Both the position numbers and the translations under genes were made by a program. The notes under the pieces are model-generated. The model ran no database searches. It was not told where the DNA came from and worked only from the letters and a program-made list of their open reading frames with translations. Below are positions 37,901 through 47,596 of a DNA stretch of 64,000 nucleotides, in pieces. Within the stretch, counting starts at the first letter, position 1; each line of letters starts with the position of its first letter. Source of the stretch: Oikopleura dioica (lineage: Eukaryota; Animalia; Chordata); assembly GCA_907165135.1 (NCBI GenBank), contig OU015567.1:12834001-12898000 (forward strand), in the 5' to 3' direction.

Positions 37901-40900
37901 CAAGGGAGTTCGACCCCTAGAAATGATCCTTATGAAAAGTTGTACTGACAGAGGTAGTTTGGACCTCTTATCACGTGTCCTGCCGAGCTTATCAGTAAAA
38001 ATAATTTTTTACTGAAAAATGAAATTTCTTATCAAATTTATTGATATTAATCGTTTGTTTAGATTAAATATTTCATTCATTAATGAATTCAGCGCAAAAA
38101 CTGATCATTTTACATGTTTTGTGAGAATATATGGAAAAAACGATTTTTCACTGATAAGCTCGGCAGGACACGTGATAAGAGGTCCAAACTTCCTCTGTCA
38201 GTACAACTTTTCATAAGGATCATTTCTAGGGGTCGAACTCCCTTGTAGCTACTCTAGAACAAAAACGGCAGTGGAATTACGATTTTGTTTGAACAACCTT
38301 CTTATCAGTTGCGTAGGCGGAAAATCTTGGAATTTTCAAGAGTTAGAGGTATCAATCGACTCGTCTCGACGAGCTCTACAATCCTACACTAGCAGTTTTT
38401 TCATGATTTCCGGGCCCGAAAGAATTTTTTGAAATTATCTCAATTGATAGTGTGTGCGCAGCAGGGTACGGGTGTCAACAGTCCAGATTTCCGCGCCCGG
38501 CTCTTGGAGATAGCGCCAGCGAAATAGACACAGTCCTCGAGATTACAGGGAAAGTACTGATGCCCCACCGAGAGTTGGCGATAACGCGCCGGTCGTAGGG
38601 GGCCTTGACAGATTGATATTTTCTCACCTTGCTCACTGGAGATCGACTCTGAGGCGGTTTCGGTGGGGCGACGGTTGGAGGACGCATATTTGGTGGGAAG
38701 CCGGGCACGAAAGGGAGTCCCTGGAATTTGCGGAGAAGAAGTTCTTTGCACTGCATCATGTTGATGTGCTGGTCAAAGGACTTTCGATCGGCAAACTCTG
38801 CACGGCAGTAGCAGACGAACACGGCAGGCTTCGAGCTTTTGGGACAGAGTTTGATGTGCTCCTGAAGGGACTTGATGTCATCCTGAAGGGCGTTGCAGTC
38901 CATGCATCGAAGAGCATTTGAAGTAATTCGATAGCCCTTTCTCTCTGGAATTTGAGCATCGTGGGCTTCGGGACGAGACATGTGCACTTCTCGGAGATGT
39001 TTGCCGATGTCGGTGTACAGGCGGAGGATGAGTTTGCGCTTGTCTTCTTCGGAGAGGGTTTTGGGTTGATGTGGAGGTCGGATCGCCAGCCGCAGTCCAT
39101 GCAGCCTTTTGAATCCATGCAGTAGTGTTGAAAGAGATGCTTGTCCATGGTCCATTCAGAGTCTTTTCGGACACCGCAGATTTTGCAAAAGCAAAGTTGG
39201 TCCTTAAGTATTGAATCAATTATATGAGAAAAAGGTCACGATCAAACTAACAATGGTATTGAATCTTTGATGATCTATTCGAATTCGGGAAGAACTTTAA
39301 ATTCTAGTTTGCAATAAAATAAAAAGACTTATGATTTTTATAAACACGAATATTTAATATTGAATTACCTTTCCCCCAAAACAGATCTTCCTATGAGTAT
39401 CGTATGCATCTTGAGACCTAAACATGGCCTCACATCTTCCGCATTCCAAGAGCATTGAGCTTCTCGACGAGGCTAAAAGGATGTTTAGCTAAAGAAGTTA
39501 TCGCGCTTCAAATGTCAAAAGTCCTCTGTTGCGTTTATTTCTCGCGTGCAGGCCCGTTATCGCCGAATATGAAAAGTAAAGATCTGATAAGTCGAAATAG
39601 TGTTCCGTTGTCATGGAATTGATTGATATCGATGGCGATACCCAACCATCAAAAGTCTTCGTTGGCCGTCTTATCCTGCCACAAACAGAAGAGATATCAG
39701 ATCGTGGTGTGCCAGATACGATCCTTGTCACCTCAGACTGATCAGTAGTTTTTGCTTACGTACCGAGAATTGGGAAAATTTGGTACTTCTTCGAATTCTT
39801 TTGGTTTCATGATTCTGATCGCTTGAAATTTAGGGGTAGATTTTCGAACAGAGCTCAGTAGAACTGATTCCAGAGATCGCGATAAGGGTTTATCAAGGCC
39901 TGGCTACCGAGATATTGACGCCAATAATTCGATAAGAGCCTTGGGAAATTTCAAAATGATAAAGCTCAAGTTGTGATAAGCGAAGCTCTGATAAGAGCGT
40001 TTTTACGAGTCATATTCTCTATCTTTAGCTTTAAATTTCCTCATTGTTTTAACAAAATTTGAAATTGCCGTAGCTAAGAAAACACGGTAAGTGATTTCAA
40101 AATACAACAGAGTTTGGTATCGTTGGCAAATCATTTCCAAATTACCGGAAATGGACTGATAACTTAGGCTAACTAAATAAAAATAAGCTCGATGGAGGAC
40201 AATCGGAGAGGATGTTTGGGCACGATAAGTATTTTTACTTGTTTGGATAAGTCCAAATGATAATACTCAAAAGACTCTCCTTTTCGTGATAAAATGCAAA
40301 TAACGATAACGGGCGGAGAAATTCTGCGGCTTTATGAGGATCTTACCATTTGGAAGTGGAAGTCCGTTCGCGGCAGGGGCGGACTGGATGACTGTATTTC
40401 CCCCATTGACGGATCTAAACGAACTGTGTTACTGAAATGATGAGTGAGTAATCTTATCGGGTAGCTGACAATGTCTACATTCGGCCAGTTCTAGCGCGGA
40501 AAGTCCTTAACGGATGGGGAAATCGGATTAGCACTATGTCAAGTTCTTATCAATTATCTTCTTTGCTTATCAGCACACCTGCCGAGCGCGAGAAAGCGGT
40601 CCTTTTAGAGATAGAAAGGTGTTAACGACAATTGAAATCGTCGAAACTCTCGCGAGGAGCAGTAGCGTTTTTTATCAGTTCTAGCGTCGCCGAAAGCTGG
40701 AAGATTATTTTGGCGCGGATAGTCAATGGCTCCACGCCGAGTTCTCTCTTATCACTTATCGCGCATAAAAAGAGAAAATTGATTGTTTCAAGGGTCGGCT
40801 AGTGAAACTACGATTAGTGAAAAAATATACTTGAAAGGTGCTTGAATCGATAATCGACGAAATTTGCCGCCAAAATTGACGAAATACCAAACTGGTATCA

Positions 40901-43900
40901 TTCAGTCTTCGATGCATATTTTCCAAATTTTCGCAAATAATTTAGGGCACCTGAGTTCTCACTCGAGTATGGCCGCTTTATCAATCCGTACCACCCTTTC
41001 CGGAAGCTATCTAGCTAATTTTAACAAGCATCAGTATTGACCGAGGTGTATGTTTTCCGGAAATTATCAATTGCTACTGTCAGGTCATAAATTTAGCGCT
41101 CGTAAATTTTAATTTTTGGCAAAACTGAAAAACTGGAAAGGGTGGTTTTTAAATTTATCGCCGAATCTGCATCTGGCGCTGCGGTGCCGACACCACAAGT
41201 GTTTCCAGCAGGTGATAACAGGCGAGGCAGTATGTGATAAGCGGAAATTGATAAAAGCGAGGTGGAAATTTACTCCGCCTGATGATGGCGGCGCAGGCTC
41301 TATTGGTGGAGGTGTTACGACGCGCTGAGGACTGATAAACACCTGCCGTGATAAGAGACGCTATCTGACCTCCACTTTTTTTCTTGTAGTATTTTCACAC
41401 CCTGTGTGTACTTGGAAAGATCCGACAGATTCGAGCACCGATCACAAGTGCCCGAAAATGAAACGAAAAAACTTGTTCTCATCTAGTTTTGTTCTTATCA
41501 ATTATAGTCGAAAAGCGTTTGGCAGCTATAAGGCGGCTATTTTCTTCGACTCGAAAGCCGCACGCGGCTCTTTCTACTTTTCGCAAATTCTACAACTTCT
41601 TCCATTTTTTTACCTTGGAGTTTTTCTGAGATGTCTTTGAGGGCAATTTTCTTTATTCGGGCTTCCTTCTGATGATTCTGGACTGCATGGGCGAACAATC
41701 ACTTCTGTTTCTGAAACAAAATTTTAGCCGCTGGCTGAATAAAGGAATTTCAAATGATAATTTGCGAGCTTTTGCAATTCCGAACACAACCCCTTGATCT
41801 GCAAAATTAATCAATGTTTGCGATTGGGTATTTTCTCGAAAACGAGCAACAACTATCAGGACGTCTGTGTCGATCATCAGCTCCTATCTGGAGACGGAAA
41901 GGACTTGTTATCAGAGAAAAGGACTAGCTATCGGCCAGATGGGGCATCAGTTGATAATTACCATTCAATTCGCACTCGTGCATTGATCCTACAAATTTCG
42001 AAACTCGCAGCGGTTTTCTCATAATTTTTTTCTTTGCTTTCTCGCTTCTTTAAAAAAAATCTCTTCCAAAAATCTATTTTTTTTTAAATGGCCGGTTCAA
42101 AAACTGAGCCAAAAAGAGCCAACTGGCCCCCACTAGGGGTAAAGATAACTGATTACTATCTGATCTCGCCAGGCCGCGAGTTCGTTGGGGTGGAACCAAC
42201 CGGGTAGATTTCCGCTGACCGGTACGCTCTTAGACGTTTATCAGCGATTTTTAACATTTTGGAAGGCTTTTATTTTGCTGCTCTTTCAATGAAAGAGTTA
42301 TCTTATCAGGATTTTAGTCGGAAAGATAGGCAAAAATCATTTTGAAGCGACATTTTCGAAGATTTTTGAAAGTTTTAGGAGAAATAGCCTAGTTCTTGAA
42401 TAGCCGCTTGTCGAGTTTCTACCTTTCAAAGAAGCTCATAAAAGTTCATCGTTTCCTCGTTGATAGCAATCAGACGAATCATCAAATGAATATTCATTTC
42501 GTTTAATATCGCCAAAGCAAAGTTGATTCCAAGCCGATTCTTTTGATAAATTCTCAAGCCGCCGCCACCCAAAAACGAATTCTTACTTTTATTGCTCCTA
42601 TCTTGGCATTGATAAAAATATCGCAGCTTCCGTGAGAATGAAGAAAAATGAGGAGGCTATTTTCTCAATTTTCTAGTGCGCGATTATCTCGCCGCGACAC
42701 CCTTAAGATGCCGAAAGGCCCTCTCCGTCCTATCAGTTTTTTATCGTCGAGAAAATTTTTTCGTCAAATTTTTTTTTCTCCAAGCTCTTCAGGCATCGAT
42801 CCTTATCGGTGAGATACCGGCGAGACTGGCTCTCCCACCGAGTTAAACATTCGCCGAGGACAAGTAGCGATAAGGGAAGTTTTCAGATTCTCATCGATAC
42901 TCCCAGCGGGGTATCTAGAATCTGCGGTCGAGGATTTGAATAATTCTTTAAATTCTCCTTCGATTCCTATCGCCAATGATCCACGATCTGGTGTAGCTCG
43001 GTGGTGTTTTTTATCGCACTGGCGGCGCAGGTGTCTTATCAGATATCTCTCAGCGGGAGAGCCAGGCTCGCTTATCAATCGGGAAAAAGCAGAAAAGCCT
43101 GAACATGTGAAATGCTCTTTATCGCCTTCCGGCGACCGGGGAATCTCCGTACTACTTAGCACTTATCGATCGAGTTTTATCGATGTCCAAAATGGTGATA
43201 AAAAAATCTTTTTCTAGAGCTGAATTTTACAGAAATAGAGCCATTTTAAGACCATCATACCAATTTTGTTCATTTTGAGAAAAAACGATATCGATACCGG
43301 TTGTTATCTGGATTAACATCTTTCACATATTTTGCCCGATAGGAGCGGGATGTTATCATCGCTGATATGACAAACCGTCAAGGTAGATTTCTATAGATCT
43401 TCGATGTAGGTCGCGGGCTGGAGCTCTCAGGAGCAGCAGAATCGACCGGTTGATGCGGTGATTCTCCTGAGTGTGAGTGTTTCACACATAAAACGCATAC
43501 TATTTGGGCTGATAAGAGGATAAGCTTGATTCTGCTTCGCCTAAGAATCATTCCTCATCAGATTTATTCATCAGATCATCAGTTTTTCAGGTGGTCGATG
43601 GGGAGCTACCTGTCGTGGCCATTTCGCCAACTTTGCCTCTCGTGGCAAGTTGCCTCTCGTGGCCATTAGCCTCTCGTGGACATCACGTATCGGCTTATTT
43701 GACGTAAGGCATTTAGATGATAAGTTGGGTGTGAAAGATTCTTTCTAAAATACTTCGAGAGGCCTATAATTTGGATAAAAAGCAATTTATTTTCTATAAA
43801 CGCCTGCTTTTTCTTGGCACAATCCAACCAAATTTTTTCTAAATGAGAATGCAATTAAAATTTTCAAATTGATCGAAAGTTAAACTCTTTTCGAAGTTTT

Positions 43901-45619
43901 TCTTATAGAGATGAGTAAGGTACTCAACAAATTATCTTATCTTTATATTCCGCGTATATACTACTCGAAAATAATTTGACATCTAAGAATATTAGGCTTG
44001 TAAAAATCTGCCCTTCGAGAAAAATTTGGATACCCTAAGGTTCGTTAGCCGATACGTTATGACCACGAGAGGCGAATGGCCACGAGAGGCAACTTACCAC
44101 GAGAGGCAATTTTGACGAAATGACCACGAGAGGTAGCTCCCCGTGGTCGATCCGATTAATCATCAATAAAGGAAGCTTGAAAGGGAAGTTCATGAAATTG
44201 ACTGTAAAGCCGCATGCGGCTACTTTAGTTTCAAAAATTTGAGCGTTCAATAAAAACGGTATTAACCATTATCTCATTCTTGATTTGAGTTGATGTTATT
44301 TTTGAGTCGATTATCTGAATAGAGCTCTTAGGAACTCTTCGGGGCTGCGAGATCAAGATCATCAAAGTCAGTCCCCTTGGCTCGAGCTGCTCTTATCGGG
44401 ATCGTGATGCCGATAACGACAAAAATGACTATTTGATAAAGAGCTCGGTGGTGGAGCTTCTTTTTGGTGCCACAGGTGCATCAGAGATCATCTGATAGGC
44501 CCAAGGCTACTTCAGCAGAGCGCTCGTTAGGGGTACACGATCATTATCGAAGGCGCTAGTTCTGGAGGTGTTATCAAGCAGCAGGTGTAGACCGGTGGTG
44601 CCACAACCTTCCAGAGCTAGATCAAACTGATTTCGCCCCTTTTTGACAGCGACCACTGCACAGCAGGTGTTTATCGTTTATCGGGAAACCCCACTTGAAG
44701 TGTTTGATAAGGTGGCACAATTACGCTTTTCCAAAAAACTGATAAGAAAACTTGCTTTTAAAAATGCCCGGTTTTTCGAATGAAAATAGAGGGTATATAA
44801 TTCTTATCATCTCAGCAGGAGATCTAGGGATAAATTCAATGAAGGAATCAGTTAAGCTAGTTCTCAAATACATTTTCGAAAATGAGTTTTCATGAAAAGA
44901 CTTCAAGGCCAATAAAAGCCCGTTTTTGAAGTCAGCGATCTCCCGCTGCGCCGATAAAAGGCGCACCTGCCGATGGTTATCGCTGATTTCCGCTTTTCAG
45001 CCGCAATCGCACGCCAAATCTTCAAAAGTTTTTCTTTCTCATTGCGAAAGTTAAAAATCGATATTTTAATCGTCGCCGATAATAATTCACAGGATCAAAC
45101 GCGTGGTTGAGGGCTTATCGGCGTTATCAGTAGCTTTCTTGTCACCTGCCGAGGGTGCATAAAGGGTACTGAAGGGCTGATAACGTCAGCCATTACAGTC
45201 GATAATTCCGAATCGATTAAGTTTTATCTTAGCCATCGAAAGAATAAATAACGATAGCAGTGAATAAAATATAAAAGTCGTTCCAGACCGTCTTATCTCG
45301 GAAAAGGAACTCTAACTCTAGTGGAAATGGAACCCCGCGGCGGTCGGCACGGTGCCTGACTGACGAGACGATATGTCTACCGCTTTTTCATCCTCATATT
45401 TTCAAGATAAAATATGGTTAAATCTTTGAAAGGATCCTTTACCGCCATCAAACTCACAAAACCTTCCCGTCTCCGAAAACTATTCAGACTTTTAAGAATA
45501 AGAATAAAAGAAAGATCGACGGCTGTCGTGAAATTTTTTTCAAACTCAATATAACGCTAGGACTCACCATTCATCGGTTCGCATTTGACAGAAACATCTT
45601 CACTTTCGCTAGCAACCAT
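34961..45619 (-). CDS. ZFPM: Friend of GATA (ZFPM/U-shaped) zinc-finger cofactor
   Basis: Phase-compatible exons 45619-45568, 41710-41614, 40414-40347, 39472-39369, 39202-about 38625, 35928-about 35705, about 35470-35228 and about 35178-34961. About 7 fingers, including the FOG-signature CCHC fingers CEKCNITFKKLEVFKVHKENYCESRH and CHECKIGFDSRKHFAAHKQNYCPSR. CtBP motif PLDLS present. Frame break near 39060; junctions around 38470-38630 uncertain. Confidence 0.85.
36151..37433. mobile_element. Non-autonomous hAT-type element (1283 bp) in a FOG intron
   Basis: 34-bp perfect TIR CAGGGATCCGAGATTTTGTCGTCTGGACGATCGC. Perfect 8-bp TSD GACTCAGG (36143-36150, 37434-37441). Subterminal ATCGCGC arrays and two about 108-bp tandem units. 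Confidence 0.92.
37705..38440. mobile_element. Long palindromic element (about 295-bp arms, about 145-bp AT-rich spacer) in a FOG intron
   Basis: 37705-about 38000 versus about 38145-38440, about 3 differences. No clear TSD. Confidence 0.8.
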
Positions 45620-46900
45620 TTTCGATTTCTTCAGTATCTGACGTTTTTTTTTCTTACTGCTTATCTTTCTGTTTCAATCTTTAGCAAAATTGAAAAAAGT
45701 TCGATTTTCTGATGGATTTGAGTCTCTCTTCGTTGTTATCAGTTTTTGTAATTGAAATATTTGTGAGTTGGTGATTCTGTTCGTGGATTTCAATCTTGTT
45801 TCAATCAAGAAAAAAGTGCGGCGGCGATTCCGTAGCGCGACCGCGGCGCCGTCCCGCTGGCGCTAGAGAGACCGGACAGTCTCCAACGCCGCCAATGCTA
45901 GTGACATCAGATGTGTTCACATCTTCGTCGTCGTCGAATTGGAAGCATGATAACTTGAAAATGAAAAAGGCGATGACTATGTCCGTCAATTAGAAAAGGG
46001 AATCGCGGTAAGTGCATGAAGTTATCACTAAGTTAACTTCGTTATTTAAAAGGTGTGAGATCTCCTTATCACTTCTTTGATGCCCAGCATCGATAGGATA
46101 AAGATATCTTCGATACGCAGGGTTGATTAATATTACGTACGTTTACCGAGGCTTTGATAAAGCCCGGACTGACGAATAATTACCCCGATAAAAATATGAT
46201 ACGATAGCTTTTTATCAAGATAATGTTCAATGATATCAACATCGATATATCAGGATCTTCAGTAGTTACTGGAAAACCGATAAGTTATCGGCGATAACTA
46301 ATCATTATTTTACTGGAAGTCCGCGAGAAAAAATCAGAATAAGTATGGTTTGAAAAGTCTGATCCTTTCAAAATTGATCTTCTGCGCAGGTGTGCCAACA
46401 AGTGACTCTCTGAGGAGCACCGCAGATTTTAAAACAGCACCAAAAGAACTAGAAACGGAGGAGAAAAGATGAAACGGCTCGGAGAGTTATCTTCACACCT
46501 ATCGCCTGGCTAACTCTCTGTGGCACCTGCCCGTATCTCCTATCCTCTTGAGATTTGAAGAGTAAGAAACTGGCCGACGCCGAAGATGGAAATTCAAAGT
46601 TATCAGCACTACACTACGACTTATTGCCGAAAAATGGCTTTTCTTTAGGCCCTTTCGGTACCAAAGAAGTGGTCAGCGCTCATTAGGGAGTTAATAAAAG
46701 AGTAAAAATGAGATGTTTTTTCTTTTTCTTGAATTTGATTCTGGTCGATTTTTTTTCTATTTTTGTCGATTATAATCGCAGAGCGTGAATCGATAAGCCG
46801 TCCGATGAAGCTGTTATCACTGCGATAAGGAAGTGATGAAGAAATGATTTGACAAACAAATTCTGAGAGATAAACATTCAGGAAGTAGCGAGTTGATTGA
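39780..46900. promoter_or_regulatory. Dense homotypic cluster of GATA sites with interspersed CAGGTG/CACCTG E-boxes (candidate FOG enhancer field)
   Basis: Hand count in 44341-45360: 20 GATAA/TTATC and 5 CAGGTG/CACCTG. About 3.3 and 0.3 per kb are expected at roughly 60% AT. Confidence 0.6.
43600..44142. mobile_element. Mutator-like MITE (543 bp) in FOG intron 1
   Basis: About 95-bp TIR beginning GGGGAGCTACCT, with repeated CCTCTCGTGG. Perfect 9-bp TSD GTGGTCGAT (43591-43599, 44143-44151). Confidence 0.9.
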
Positions 46901-47215
46901 TGCCTGGAGTTTTGCTTTCGCAAAAAGAGGAAATGCGCAATTCACAATCGCAATTCAAACATTCTCCTGTCACTCATCGAAATTTTAGTTTTAATTTTTA
47001 GTATAAATTTAGAAGAAGGTATGAATCATACCGAAGGTATGATTTAGATTAAATTTGAACTTCGAAAATTATTATTTATTTAATAACAAATGATAATATG
47101 ATGTCATTTGAATTAATCGTTCAAATGAGTAAAAGATTTTCGTAATTTATTCGTGGCGAATGCGAAAATAAGAAAAATATAGATTTTCCTCGAGGGAAAG
47201 AAAATAGCGCGGAGT

Positions 47216-47249
47216 GATTGGCTGCACGGTGGCAACGCGCGCGCGAAAA
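47216..47249 (+). promoter_or_regulatory. Cell-cycle-type promoter elements upstream of MKI67: reverse CCAAT box and E2F site
   Basis: GATTGG at 47216-47221 and GCGCGAAAA (TTTTCGCGC) at 47241-47249, in a CpG-rich patch about 350 bp upstream of the ATG. NF-Y and E2F control of MKI67 is established in vertebrates. Confidence 0.5.
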
Positions 47250-47596
47250 TAGTCCGTTTGCGCGCACTCAACAGAGAAAATGACTTTTTATCTGCATTTT
47301 TAATGACTCCCTGGTTCTGAGAAAACGATCATGAGTCATGACGAAGACAGAAAATGGATCAGTAAAAAGTATTCCACTGATAAGTTCGTTTATTATTTAT
47401 TAATAACTGTTTATAAAATGATTGATCATAATCCGGAAAAAGGGTCCATGATAGGTACTGAACAAAAAGATGTGATGATATTTTTAACGGTTTTTGACTT
47501 TTTCGCTTCTAGATCAGTCTTGTTGATTCGCGCCGTGCAAAAAAAACCGGCGGCGAGGAGCCCATTTGCTCATTTTGACGAGAGAAACGCGCCGCA

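Noticed and set aside
45796-45993. GC-rich ORF pair upstream of the FOG ATG
   Set aside because: No convincing start or donor; more likely 5' UTR or promoter, though an alternative exon is not excluded.
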